Shown: one piece after another, positions 41,093 through 51,500 of the stretch
Numbering within the stretch: the first letter of the stretch is position 1
Layout: each line of letters begins with the position of its first letter
Assembly: GCA_045803545.1 (NCBI GenBank)
Contig: JBJMOW010000004.1
Span: 32,001-96,000, forward strand
Direction: 5' to 3'
Length of the DNA stretch: 64,000 nucleotides
DNA from: Gemmatimonadaceae bacterium
GTDB taxonomy: Bacteria > Gemmatimonadota > Gemmatimonadetes > Gemmatimonadales > Gemmatimonadaceae
Made by a program: the position numbers and the translations under genes
Notes under the pieces: generated by a model
Seen by the model: the letters and a program-made list of their open reading frames with translations, nothing else
Told to the model about the DNA's origin: nothing
Databases searched by the model: none

Positions 41093-42275
41093 GCGAGTCG
41101 TCGTTTCCATTTGCCTCAATCAGTTTCGCAATGAGGGCCGGGATTGGATTGCGACTAAGCGCGTGCTGTTCCGCCCACGTTAGCCACTGTTTTGTGTTTG
41201 AGTTTGCGGCTGACTCGGTAGCCTCACGGACCGCTGCCACGAACGATAAAAGAGTTTGACTCCGCGCCCACTGCATTGCTTGCTCTTCCAAGTGGCGTAT
41301 TCGAGCTAGTTGCTCTTCTTTTCGTCTCGCAATTTCCGCCAGACGCTTTGATTCAAGCGCTCTAATTCGCTCCGCATCTTCCCAGTACGCTGCGCTTTCA
41401 ATCTCATTGTACGCTCTGGCAAATGCTGCAAATATGAACTCGTTAAGGCGGTCTTCGAGTTTGCCGGTTGGCGTCTCGTCTAAGCTTTTGTCTACGCCGT
41501 GTCCCCAACTATTTCTGAACACCAAGGCGAGACGGCCCGAAGGTTCGTCCTTGTACTTGGGTTCCCAGCTTGACGTCGCCTGCGTCGCAACCTTCTTGAG
41601 TTTTTCGCGAATTCCGAAGGGGATTTCGCGGCCAAGTATGTTCACGTAGGTATTGCGATCCCGCTCCTTTCGCTTCGAGCTGAGAGAAACTTTCCACCCT
41701 CTTTCTTCGAACGCTTTAACGAGAGCGTCCATGATGCGAAGCGCTCGCGGCAGAAGGTCTCGCGTGACCTCTACGTCGAGATACGATTCCTGGTAGTTGT
41801 ACAGAAATTGTTTGAAGGTCGATTTGCCTGATTGCCTAAGTATTTGTTCAGTTCGGCGGACAAGTGGATGCGCATTTCGAAGCGTGTCAGCGACAACGAC
41901 GAGGTTTTCCGGGACGAACTCGAACTCTTCCTGCTTTCTCAGCGCATGTGGCTGGGAGAGATTTATAGGCTCTGCGTGATACCCCAACGTCACTTCGCGA
42001 TCTGTCAGCGAAGGATTCTGCGGCAATGCTGGCAGGGGTTTTTGCTTCACTGGATGTCCGGCCGCTTTCTTGGCCCAATACCCACGTCCAGGGACCGGCA
42101 CGCGTAATCGCTTGCACGTTTTCGCGAGGCCGACGTCCGACAGTCCATAATGCGGCGCGAGGTTTTTCATCGGCTCTGTCCACACTCGCTCGTACAACTG
42201 CTCACGCGTTAATCTGACGATCTCCACGGATTGCTTCGTTACGATTTGACTTTGATGAGCTTGCCGTTGACGCAC
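41076..42275 (-). CDS. Hypothetical protein with N-terminal HTH-like region
   Basis: LTREQLYERVW..P...LA..YGLSDVGLAKTCKRL.VP.PGRGYWAK; coiled-coil-like C-terminus. The real start is probably GTG 42227. Confidence 0.75.
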   Translation of the reverse strand: MRQRQAHQSQIVTKQSVEIVRLTREQLYERVWTEPMKNLAPHYGLSDVGLAKTCKRLRVPVPGRGYWAKKAAGHPVKQKPLPALPQNPSLTDREVTLGYHAEPINLSQPHALRKQEEFEFVPENLVVVADTLRNAHPLVRRTEQILRQSGKSTFKQFLYNYQESYLDVEVTRDLLPRALRIMDALVKAFEERGWKVSLSSKRKERDRNTYVNILGREIPFGIREKLKKVATQATSSWEPKYKDEPSGRLALVFRNSWGHGVDKSLDETPTGKLEDRLNEFIFAAFARAYNEIESAAYWEDAERIRALESKRLAEIARRKEEQLARIRHLEEQAMQWARSQTLLSFVAAVREATESAANSNTKQWLTWAEQHALSRNPIPALIAKLIEANGNDDSPSPVA

Positions 42276-42976
42276 TCATAGAAGTCGGGATTCCTGTCAG
42301 CAACTTGCTGGACCAGATCGTCAAAGACCTCAGTGAGTGAAACCGTCTTAGTCGCGTCTCCGACCTTGTACGTTGCTACGCTCGCGGCAAATGGCGATGC
42401 TCCCATGAGGAACAGATACAGCCGCTCGAATTGCTCGTCACGTCCAGCAGGGTCATTGCGATCAGTGAACAGTCGAAGCCTGCTGTGAGCATTAATAAAA
42501 GTCGGACGTCTTTTCGCTGTTCCGTCTGTCTCTGCGCCTTTGTCGAAAAACATGAAAGCGGCAAGAACGGCGTACGGGAAGCGGCGATGCAGTGTGACTG
42601 CTTCGATCAGCATGTCACCGCGACGATTGGTGAGGTTCTTCTGATAATTCTTTGAGCGCTTGTCTTTGAAAGAGATGGCCTTAATCGAAATGCCGAGGAG
42701 GAGTCCTGACACTTCGGTTGCCCACGTTACATCTACTTTCTTCGCGCCGATTCCTCCCGCCATTCTGCGCTCAGCGCCAGACCCTTCAAGCTCACCCGGA
42801 CCAGCGGGCCGTGCACCGTCGAGTCCGCGATTTCGCAGTTCTTCTGCGCACGCGAGTGCGATCTTCTCCGATAAGCGCTCGGAGTAACGCTTCTTTACTT
42901 CCCTCGATGAATCGTCTGGAGGTTTTTCGCCGACAGCCTTTAGCGCTGCCTCGAAGAGTTCGTCAATCGCGGCCAT
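42239..42976 (-). CDS. Putative type II restriction endonuclease (PD-(D/E)XK fold, PaeR7I/XhoI-like pattern)
   Basis: KKVDV...GISIK...KNLTNRRGDM pattern; overlaps the end of the methyltransferase gene. Confidence 0.65.
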   Translation of the reverse strand: MAAIDELFEAALKAVGEKPPDDSSREVKKRYSERLSEKIALACAEELRNRGLDGARPAGPGELEGSGAERRMAGGIGAKKVDVTWATEVSGLLLGISIKAISFKDKRSKNYQKNLTNRRGDMLIEAVTLHRRFPYAVLAAFMFFDKGAETDGTAKRRPTFINAHSRLRLFTDRNDPAGRDEQFERLYLFLMGASPFAASVATYKVGDATKTVSLTEVFDDLVQQVADRNPDFYECVNGKLIKVKS

Positions 42977-44645
42977 TGGCTGACCTACTCCGCGCTTCGC
43001 GTCGCCCGAACAACACTTCTTTCGATTCGCGAAGCGAAGCGATTGCTTTGTAAGACAGACCGCAAGCCGCCGAGAGAATGACTCTGTCCACGAGCTTCAC
43101 AGCTTCGGACAGCTCCCCTCTTCCTAGCGCTTGATTCACCTGAGGACGTAGCGCTCGCAATTCGTCACCGAAAGCGAGCAGAATTTCAGGTGACGGAACA
43201 GGCAGCTTGTCGGCTTCAGTGGGTTCCAACTTCAGAAGGCCACCACCATACGCTCGACCGACCATCTCAGCGCCGAGCAACGTGAGACTGTTTATAGAAG
43301 CGAGTGGGAGAAGGTCCATACCGAGCTTTCGATAGTCCTGCCTGAGTGCGACGCCGTACAGAGAGTTCAGATAGCGTACTCGCGCCAAGTTGGTAGTGAG
43401 TCTAGGTCTCACATGATCCATGTACGTCAACAGAATATCAGGGACAGCTTTAACGGGAACTTTCCACCAAGGTTTGCGATTTCTGCACTTGTAAGCCTCG
43501 TGGACGTTCATCGTCTCGCCGAGTGCGATGTATTTCTCTGCTGCATCAGAGAGTTCGCCTTCGCCGGTTGGCGCGAAAAGGTAGACACTCGCTCCATGTT
43601 TGCCGAGTTCTTCCCAGCTCTTTTTGGTGAACGAGAGGCCGCGCAAATGCCGAGACCCCGGCGGCGAAATTCTTTGTAGCTCGTTGCGCCTGATGCCTAA
43701 CTTCTTCACCTCAGCAACCGTCAGCGTGAAGTAGGCATTGTTACCAGTGACAGAGCCGAGAGACGTGTCACCCCAATCCAGGAGAGTGCAGAAGCCATCA
43801 CCTGTAGCAGTGTCGCGGTATTGTTTGACCGCCTCCGTTGGAAGCAGAGCGGAAGTCCACTTACCGCCTTTATCTGGTGCGAACCAATTCCAATCGCCCG
43901 TCTCCACGCTGCCGAGTGCACTCAGATCGTACGCTTGCGACACCTCGAAGTGCGGGGCGGGTCCCTCGCCCTCAGCGAGGAGCAACACAACATCTTCGAG
44001 AACTTGCGGGAAGACTCGCGCTTCAAACATGACGAGACGAACAGACTTGAATCTCTTCAGCAGAAAGCGACGAACTTCGGCCGCGTAGTTGACCGTCAGC
44101 AGCTCGGCGGGAAGAACTAGTCCGAGTCTTCCACCGGGTTTGAGAAAGCAAGACGCGTGAACAACGAACGGAGCCCACGAGCTCGTGAGTCCGGTGAGGC
44201 GCACCCCCTGTGTCAGTGCGGCTTCCAACCCCTTGAGACGATTTTCGCCTGCGAAATCTTGGTAGCGTACATACGGCGGATTGCCGATCACAGCATCGTA
44301 GCGCGGAACAGGTTCGATGTCGAAGAAATCACCAACGTAAATCTCTGGACGATACCCAGCCTCACCCATGATTCGCTGAGCTTGTTCGACTGATTCCGGA
44401 TGAACGTCGACGCCGACGATCTGAGGCGGGAAAGGAAGCCCGTCTGCTCTGAGAGCTGAGAGGCGAGTTGCAGCGGGGAGAAGAAAAGCCGCTTCCCCGC
44501 ATGACGGTTCGAGCACGGCATCATCAGGACTTCGCACAGCCCAGTCCACTATGAACTGGGTCATGGCGGATGGCGTGAAGTACGCGCCTCTAGTTTTTCG
44601 TTGTGCGAGAGTATCAGCCACAGCGGGCCCTGGGTTGGTCGCCAT
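42963..44645 (-). CDS. N6-adenine DNA methyltransferase (type II R-M)
   Basis: RKTRGAYFTP, VLEPSCGEAAFL, GNPPYVRYQ and GRAYGGGLLKLEP motifs; start at 44645 or 44660. Confidence 0.92.
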   Translation of the reverse strand: MATNPGPAVADTLAQRKTRGAYFTPSAMTQFIVDWAVRSPDDAVLEPSCGEAAFLLPAATRLSALRADGLPFPPQIVGVDVHPESVEQAQRIMGEAGYRPEIYVGDFFDIEPVPRYDAVIGNPPYVRYQDFAGENRLKGLEAALTQGVRLTGLTSSWAPFVVHASCFLKPGGRLGLVLPAELLTVNYAAEVRRFLLKRFKSVRLVMFEARVFPQVLEDVVLLLAEGEGPAPHFEVSQAYDLSALGSVETGDWNWFAPDKGGKWTSALLPTEAVKQYRDTATGDGFCTLLDWGDTSLGSVTGNNAYFTLTVAEVKKLGIRRNELQRISPPGSRHLRGLSFTKKSWEELGKHGASVYLFAPTGEGELSDAAEKYIALGETMNVHEAYKCRNRKPWWKVPVKAVPDILLTYMDHVRPRLTTNLARVRYLNSLYGVALRQDYRKLGMDLLPLASINSLTLLGAEMVGRAYGGGLLKLEPTEADKLPVPSPEILLAFGDELRALRPQVNQALGRGELSEAVKLVDRVILSAACGLSYKAIASLRESKEVLFGRREARSRSANGRD

Positions 44646-44720
44646 CGCGAAAGGAGGCAAGCGCTGCGGGAAACTTACGGTGCGCCTTCGGTTTAGCCAA
44701 TGCCTTTCTAGCTCAACAGT

Positions 44721-44954
44721 TCAGTCCGGTTCGGCCGAGGAGTCGCTAGCGATGCGGGCTCGAAGTGAGCGCGCATTCACAGCACAGAGAGCCATGCGAT
44801 ACGCAGCGAACAATTCATCTAGGCGCGTTCTTTCCGCGCGGGTCAGCACCGACGCCCCGTCGAGGTGCGCCAACAGCCTGTCGGTTTCAATGCCCGTGAC
44901 GATTGAGACGATGAGCGCTCCAGGTATCGACGTGAGCCAGGCGCATTCAGACAC
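44721..44954 (-). CDS. Small hypothetical protein, possible HTH
   Basis: GGAGG RBS 6 nt before GTG; IVTGIETDRLLAHLDG...LTRAERTRL resembles an XRE-type HTH. Confidence 0.45.
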   Translation of the reverse strand: MSECAWLTSIPGALIVSIVTGIETDRLLAHLDGASVLTRAERTRLDELFAAYRMALCAVNARSLRARIASDSSAEPD

Positions 44955-45036
44955 GACCCGCCTCCAGCGGAGTAAGTCGGGTAAACTGCACTAAGCAGCA
45001 GCATACTTCGCAACCTGATTGGCGCGACAATAATCA

Positions 45037-46611
45037 CTAGTCCGCAGGGTCGTTTTCTCTTTCAGAAATGAGACGCCTCAAAGAGTCCCAGTGACGGGGA
45101 TGCGGCGTTATCTCTCCACTTCTAATCTTCTTGCAGGAGCTTATGGACAGATGCGACGCGGCAGCTATTTCGCGAACGGGGACGCTCCTGATCGCTGGAA
45201 GTATTTCTGTTTTGAAAACCGCAGCTGTTGGGATGTCGCGATGCTTTGCTTCCCACGTGGCGTTCAGTGCGTTTTGAGCTACGGCGTGTTGTCGATGCTT
45301 CTCTCGAACCTGCGGGCTGCTTCGCTTGTCCTCGCCAATCGCACGAAGCATCGCTTGTGTTTCTACACCTTTTCTTGAAGCCCTAGCAGCGTGCTTTGGT
45401 AGACACGTGTCGCAATACGTGCGAGTACGCCGTTCCATTGCGACTCCGCAATCCGCACAGCGCTTGGTTAGTCCGCTAGACTGCTTTCCGACTGGCCGCT
45501 TCGCAGTCGGACGTCGTTGACGGTTTCGCTGGGTAAGCGGAGTTCGGTGGCGTCTAGTACCGATATTTTCTTCGGAATTGATTCGCGTGGGCGTAAGCGA
45601 CATCTGCGCGAAGTAAGCTGCGAGTCGTTCTGCCCATGGCGCGACGGCACGCGACCATTTTGTAGTAGTGACTGCGAGAGGGCGTGTAAGCTCTGGCATT
45701 AACCGACAATTCCCGTTTCGCAATTCGAAAAAGTCGCTGCGGGCAAACGTCTGCGAGTTTAGAAGTTCAAGAAGATGTAGATCGACGCTTGGCCGCGTTG
45801 GTTCCATCAAGTCGCAGGCAAACGAATCGCGTGGACTGACGTCCGCGTGTATGATGCCGATTGCAGGATCACAGCCAACCGCGATCGCGGCTAGCCGTGC
45901 CTCAGCTTCTAGAAGCGCGTAGAGATAATTCAGAATCGCATTTGCCGGTGACGCAGCTTTCCGAGGAGAAGCGCTTAGGACCGAGCGTCGCGTCCCAAAC
46001 GCCAGCCAATGTTGCGGCACGTAGCGCGCATCGCTCTTAGTGAAGCGCACGGGAATTGTTTCCCAGGCTTGCCAGTACGCGGCCGCAGCTCGGGATTCGA
46101 AAAATCTGATCTCTTCGAGAGAGGTTGCTGATTGAAGGCGATCATGGAACTGAGTGACCGCGGCCCGATTTTCTTTAACGCCTTCGATTACTTCGAGCAC
46201 GCGTAATTGGCCGCTCACTTTATGAGCGATCAGATCACGCAGGATCTGTAGCGCATCTGCGGAATACATTGCGACAGCCTGCCCGCGTCGCACGCGCGTG
46301 TCTCGAATCGCGTTCGGCGCTCCACTGGCGATGAGTTCACCGTCAGGACCGATTTGCACAAAGGCCGCATCTATCTCGTGCAGCCAACGGAGCGCTTCGA
46401 GCGTCACTGTACCAGAGTGTCCGACAACAATCAGTCTCCGGATGCCTGACGCAACGCGCGGAAAGCGACCGACGCGACGATGCGCGCCCGCGCCATCCTC
46501 CGTTACCAAGTGCCCTCGTTCTACGGCAACGCGAATTCCGTAACCGGAGAGAGCAAGAACGCCGCTTTCTGACGGCAGATTATTGATTGTTTCGAGCTTC
46601 TGTTGCTGCAT
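45037..46611 (-). CDS. cas1: Casposase: solo Cas1 endonuclease/integrase with C-terminal Zn-finger and HTH
   Basis: G.VTLEALRWL, ESRAAAAYW (E), NAILNYLYALL, G.DP.IGIIH (H) and CDLMEP.RP.VD motifs; CADC..CDTC; C-terminal HTH. ATG at 46611 preferred. Confidence 0.92.
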   Translation of the reverse strand: MQQQKLETINNLPSESGVLALSGYGIRVAVERGHLVTEDGAGAHRRVGRFPRVASGIRRLIVVGHSGTVTLEALRWLHEIDAAFVQIGPDGELIASGAPNAIRDTRVRRGQAVAMYSADALQILRDLIAHKVSGQLRVLEVIEGVKENRAAVTQFHDRLQSATSLEEIRFFESRAAAAYWQAWETIPVRFTKSDARYVPQHWLAFGTRRSVLSASPRKAASPANAILNYLYALLEAEARLAAIAVGCDPAIGIIHADVSPRDSFACDLMEPTRPSVDLHLLELLNSQTFARSDFFELRNGNCRLMPELTRPLAVTTTKWSRAVAPWAERLAAYFAQMSLTPTRINSEENIGTRRHRTPLTQRNRQRRPTAKRPVGKQSSGLTKRCADCGVAMERRTRTYCDTCLPKHAARASRKGVETQAMLRAIGEDKRSSPQVREKHRQHAVAQNALNATWEAKHRDIPTAAVFKTEILPAIRSVPVREIAAASHLSISSCKKIRSGEITPHPRHWDSLRRLISERENDPAD

Positions 46612-47464
46612 TGAGCAACTCCGGAATAATAGGAACGGTGATGAGGGCAAAAAGCATTTGCGACTCAATATCAGGGTGTACGGTGTGCTTACTAAGCAGA
46701 GCAACCAACGGCGCTTGATCCGCGCGCTCGGCGGAGATTCGTGGGAGGGCTTCGCCTATAGCCGCCGCAACTTCGAGGAGATCGAGAGGCGTTTTCTCAG
46801 CTACTTCGATAAAGTTCGCACGCGCCCATATCGTGGCGAACGAACGAAATGCAGAATCCCAGCTCGAAGAGTGAAAGAGCTGATCCAGCGTCTTTCGCTC
46901 TGATTGTAGCACTGGGGTGAATTCACCTTCGCCGAGTTTTGCGATCAAAACGGCGAGATTGCCGTAACGGTTCTTTGGGTATCGCCCGGGCTTATTCACA
47001 GCTCTCCGGACATCCCGTAAGAACGGACTTGATATAGCTCCGCTCGAATGATTGATCGCGTGCTCGACTAGTTGCGAATGTTCGGCGCCGGTACGTGTTC
47101 GTAGTCTGTCGAACTTGGTAGCTGCGCGCACGAGTGCAGCTCGAAGCATGGGCTCCGGAACTGTGTGACCTGCGCGCCAAAGAGCCCAAGCAGAATGCCC
47201 GAGTGGTATACGCAACGCGGAGACACGGTCGGCGCGTAGGCCAGAGACGCGAGCGATTATCCGCAGACGGTGCAAGACGGTTTGAGAGAATCGCGCGGCT
47301 TCCCATCCCGCAGCTCGGCCGCGTCCACGTCTTTTTGCGATTGGCGGCTCTAGGAGCCCTGCTTGCTGCCAACGCCGGAACTGATCGCGCGAAACGCGAA
47401 GCCCCTCCACTCGAAGGGCGGCCCGCATTTCCTCAATGGTAAGGGACTCCGGCTGAGCTTCCAC
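46580..47464 (-). CDS. Hypothetical protein with N-terminal MerR-like HTH
   Basis: VSRDQFRRWQQAGLL.PP motif; directly upstream of cas1. Confidence 0.6.
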   Translation of the reverse strand: MEAQPESLTIEEMRAALRVEGLRVSRDQFRRWQQAGLLEPPIAKRRGRGRAAGWEAARFSQTVLHRLRIIARVSGLRADRVSALRIPLGHSAWALWRAGHTVPEPMLRAALVRAATKFDRLRTRTGAEHSQLVEHAINHSSGAISSPFLRDVRRAVNKPGRYPKNRYGNLAVLIAKLGEGEFTPVLQSERKTLDQLFHSSSWDSAFRSFATIWARANFIEVAEKTPLDLLEVAAAIGEALPRISAERADQAPLVALLSKHTVHPDIESQMLFALITVPIIPELLNAATEARNNQ

Positions 47465-47584
47465 GCTTTAATTTAGTACTGCGCGCCTAAGCCCGCAACA
47501 TTAAACTGCGCAAGTAGTTAGCCTCCTACCGCAAGCGGATGCAGCAGGCGTCCGTAGCAGTCTTGTTTCCACCCAGGAGGCCCC

Positions 47585-47782
47585 ATGACGACCTATCTCA
47601 CCTCGGCAGACGCCGCGAGGGTTCTCGATCTGTCGCCCAGCGCTGTACGGCTGATGGCGCGGCTCGGAACTCTCCGCGTCTCAGCTCGAACCGAAGGCGG
47701 TATTTCCCTTTTCCGACGCCAAGACGTCGAGCGATTAGCAGCTCGCCGAACACTTCTCCATCGCAATCAAGGGAGGAGCTAA
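47585..47782 (+). CDS. Excisionase-like/MerR-type HTH protein
   Basis: YLTSADAARVLDLSPSAVR....G.L....RT.GG..LF...DV; AGGAGG RBS. Confidence 0.85.
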   Translation: MTTYLTSADAARVLDLSPSAVRLMARLGTLRVSARTEGGISLFRRQDVERLAARRTLLHRNQGRS

Positions 47783-47786
47783 TCGG

Positions 47787-48092
47787 ATGCCGAAGCGCAA
47801 ACGGGGCACATCACGCCACCTCACCAAGGAGATGCGATTCCTGACTCCGCAGGGTGTGGTTGCGCTGCCGATTCGAAACTCACAATCCGCGTCAGATATC
47901 GGCGAGTACTGGAATGCAGTGAATCACTATCTCAAAACAGGCCGCTCAAATCGACTGAGACCGTTTCGAGGCAGAACGGTGCAAGCAGCAGGAGCGCAGC
48001 ACCGATTCGTCACTGATGAAGCGACGTTAGAACGATTGGCGAATGCTGGTGAAGTGCGCTTTGAAGACCTCTACGTACTCACCGGGCTCTGA
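47787..48092 (+). CDS. Hypothetical basic protein (casposon core operon)
   Basis: GGAGG RBS; tightly packed between the HTH and HNH genes. Confidence 0.7.
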   Translation: MPKRKRGTSRHLTKEMRFLTPQGVVALPIRNSQSASDIGEYWNAVNHYLKTGRSNRLRPFRGRTVQAAGAQHRFVTDEATLERLANAGEVRFEDLYVLTGL

Positions 48093-48101
48093 GAGACGGA
48101 A

Positions 48102-48521
48102 ATGAAAACCAACTCAAATGCCGCGCGGAACGTCGCTCGGCGGGCAAGGAGAGCGAGAATGTTTCCGGCAAGTGCAGTATGCGCGTTGTGCGGATATGCC
48201 AACCCGGTAGCCCTGATAGCAGTAGACAAAACCCTTCTCGAAGAGCATCACGTTTTCGGCGCTGCTTTCGATGACGGTACGCGCATCCCATTGTGCCGCA
48301 ATTGTCACGCGGAAGTTACGGAGGGAATTCGTGCAACGGGCGCATCCATGCGCCCGCAGCCGTCGTTGTTTGAGAATCTCATACAGGCAACCAAGGCGCT
48401 TGAGGTTTATTACCGTGCTCAGGCAATTACGCACGGTCGCATCGCGCATGAACTGCAACGGCGAGTCGATACGCTCGACGCGCTATTTCCCGATTGGCGC
48501 TCCATCGAGGAGGAACTATGA
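48102..48521 (+). CDS. HNH endonuclease-like protein
   Basis: CALCG...EEHHVFG...LCRNCH; stop overlaps the PolB ATG (ATGA). Confidence 0.8.
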   Translation: MKTNSNAARNVARRARRARMFPASAVCALCGYANPVALIAVDKTLLEEHHVFGAAFDDGTRIPLCRNCHAEVTEGIRATGASMRPQPSLFENLIQATKALEVYYRAQAITHGRIAHELQRRVDTLDALFPDWRSIEEEL

Positions 48522-51500
48522 CCGCCGACCGCTTACCGATTGCGCTCAGAGCGTACGCCGAGCGCACTGACGTACCGCACAGAGGCGGTTCGCCACTCGC
48601 CCGCAAAGTTTGGCCCCAACAAATCCTTGTCTTCGACACAGAAACGACAGTTGACGCGTTACAACGCCTCACGTTCGGTAGCTATCGACATCTGGAACGT
48701 GGCGCCGATGGAAAAGCGACGCTACTCGAAGAAGGGCTTTTCTACGAAGACGCGTTGCCGAGGTCGGATCCGAACGGCTTCGCTGCGTTGCGAGCGTACG
48801 TTAAGCAGCATTCCGAATTGAAACTGTTTTCGAAGTCGGAGTTTCTTGGCGAGGTCTTTTACAGAGTCGCTTACCAAGCGCGCGGGTTAGTCGTTGGCTT
48901 CAATCTCCCATTTGATCTAACCAGGCTCGCCGCTACTTGGGGTGAGGGACGAGAAAAGTTCTACGGTGGTTTCTCGCTCGTACTGTGGCAGGCTTGGCAC
49001 CCAGAAAGAGAAGAGTGGATCGAAGATCCTTGGCGGCCTCGCGTTCTACTCAATCTCGTCAATAGCAAAATGGCATTTATCGAGTTCGGTACACCGATGG
49101 AACTCGATCCCCGAGACGCGGTTCGCGACGCAACGCAGCAAGTAGGCGCGAGAAAAAGGCCGTGGGCGTTTCGCGGAAATTTCTTGGACGTTAGAACGCT
49201 AGCGTTTGCGCTTACGGGCGAGTCGTACTCACTCGAAGGGGCATGCAAAGCGTTTAACGTCGAGCATGGAAAGACGGTAGCAGAGGAACACGGCAGGATT
49301 ACCGACGCCTACATCGAGTATAACCGTCGCGACGTACTTGCTACTAGCGAGCTACTAGAGCGGCTAAAACTCGAATTCGACACACACCCTATAGCTCTTA
49401 ACCCATGTAAGGCGTACTCACCCGCGAGTATCGGCAAGGCCTATGTACGGGCGTTGGGCGTTACATCCCCTGTTGTAAAGTTTGCCGATATACCGCGCGA
49501 ACTCCACGGAATCGCGATGAGCGCTTACTACGGTGGTAGAGCAGAGTGTCACATTAGAAAAGTACCGCTACCCGTAGTTCACACCGATTTCATCTCGATG
49601 TACCCGACTGTTTTTGCACTGCTCGGAATGTGGGCTTTAGTCACGGCCAAAAGTATCAGCGTTGAAAGGTGCACTGAGGAAGCACAACGCCAGCTCGATA
49701 CCGCAAGTACCGATGCCTACTTCCAGCAACATCTATGGCGCGACCTGAATTGGTTTGGTGAGATCGAACCTGATGGTGACATCGTTCCTGTTCGCGCTCA
49801 GTATGATCCTTCAAGTGATGCACTGAACATCGGCGTCAATCAGTTCTCTACGAGCCAACCATTTTGGTATGCTGGCCCCGATTTAGTAGCCTCGCTCCTA
49901 CTTACGGGTAAAGCTCCAAAGATCAAACGGGCAATTCGCCTAGTAGCGAACGGTCGGCAAGATGGACTCAAAGAAGTTCTGTTTTCGGGAAGCTTGCCCA
50001 TCGACGCGGCTACCGGCGACTTCATAAAGAACGTGATCGAAGAAAGAAAGCGCACTCAGCGCGGTACTGCCTTAACTCGCGAAGACCGCGACCGGATTGC
50101 GCGCACCCTTAAGCTCGTTGCGAATAGCACGAGCTACGGAATCTTCGCCGAGGTCAATCAGCAGGTACTTCCACTAGACACCGAGGCAGATGTAAGAATC
50201 TTCGCTTCGGGAAAGAGTTTCGACGCTAAGACTCGTCGTCCTGAAACGCCGGGCGAATTCTGTTTCCCGCCGTTTGCTGCACTCGTGACCGCAGCTGCGC
50301 GATTGATGCTAGCAATGCTCGAACGGACTGTGACGGACGCAGAAGGGACCTTTGCCTTCTGCGATACCGATTCGATGGCGATTGTGGCGACTGAAAATGG
50401 TGGTTCTGTCGCGGTACCTGGTGCGACTCGCCGACATCAGAACGGAGTGCGAGGAGTAAAGGCGCTTTCGTGGTCAGCCGTGAACGAGATTGTTCAGCGC
50501 TTCGAAGCGCTAAACCCGTATGAGCGATCAGTCATTCCCGGGTCCGTCCTCGAAATCAAGGATGTGAACTTCGATGATGAGCGAAAGCAACGGCAACTAT
50601 ATGTCTACGCAATCGCTTCAAAGCGGTACACGTTCTTTGCCAAAAACGGCGAGAAAAAAGTCCAGATCATTGAGCCTTCGGAGCACGGTCTCGGACATCT
50701 GATAAATCCGCTGACTGACGGAGGGCCTCGGCAATGGATCGAGGTGTTTTGGGAGTATATCGTGGCTGGCGCATTGGGCTTGCGGCCCGTGCGACCTTCC
50801 TTTCTACACGTACCCGCGTTGACGCGTATTACCGTCAGCTCACCGCATATTCTGCGACCGTTTGCGCAACAAGAGAAGGAATTACCGTTTAATGAGCGCA
50901 CTAGCCCAACGGTATTTCTTTTGAGCGCGAGCATCGCTCCGAATGGACATCCAGTTGGTGCCGACCCGGAACGCTTTCACCTGTTGGCACCGTACCAACG
51001 GGATTCAACTAAGTGGCTGGAAATGAAATGGACCGAGTTACACTCAGCTCATGATTATCCGGTAACAACGGAATTTCCGGCCCCGCCTTACGTGGCACAA
51101 GTTCGTTCATTCGCGGACGTGCTGACAGATTTTGTTATGCGACCCGAGCCTAAAAGTGCGTCCAGTTCTGGCGAGCTTTGTGAGAGAAAAACGCTCGGGT
51201 TATTGCAGCGTCGCGATGTCCGCGTTGCTTCGATCCATTGTGTTGGAAAGGAAACCAACCGACTCGAACCAGTACAACAGGGTTTGGTACATGATTGGAG
51301 CGAAGTCTATACGCTTTACCGCAATCCTGAATTGGATGCCTGGCGCAACGATATCTTGCCCGGCTTGAAACGGATTCGACGCAAAGCACTGAGCGAAGCA
51401 ACCGGCATTACTCGGCGCGCGATTCGTTCAATTCTTAATGGCTACAGCCTTCCGAGCCCAAGGACGCGAGAGAGATTGATAGCGACGCTCGAAACACAGG

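Noticed and set aside
45037..46611. cas1 as part of a CRISPR-Cas system
   Set aside because: No repeat-spacer array, cas2 or effector genes are visible in the window; the PolB, TIR and TSD context indicates a casposase.
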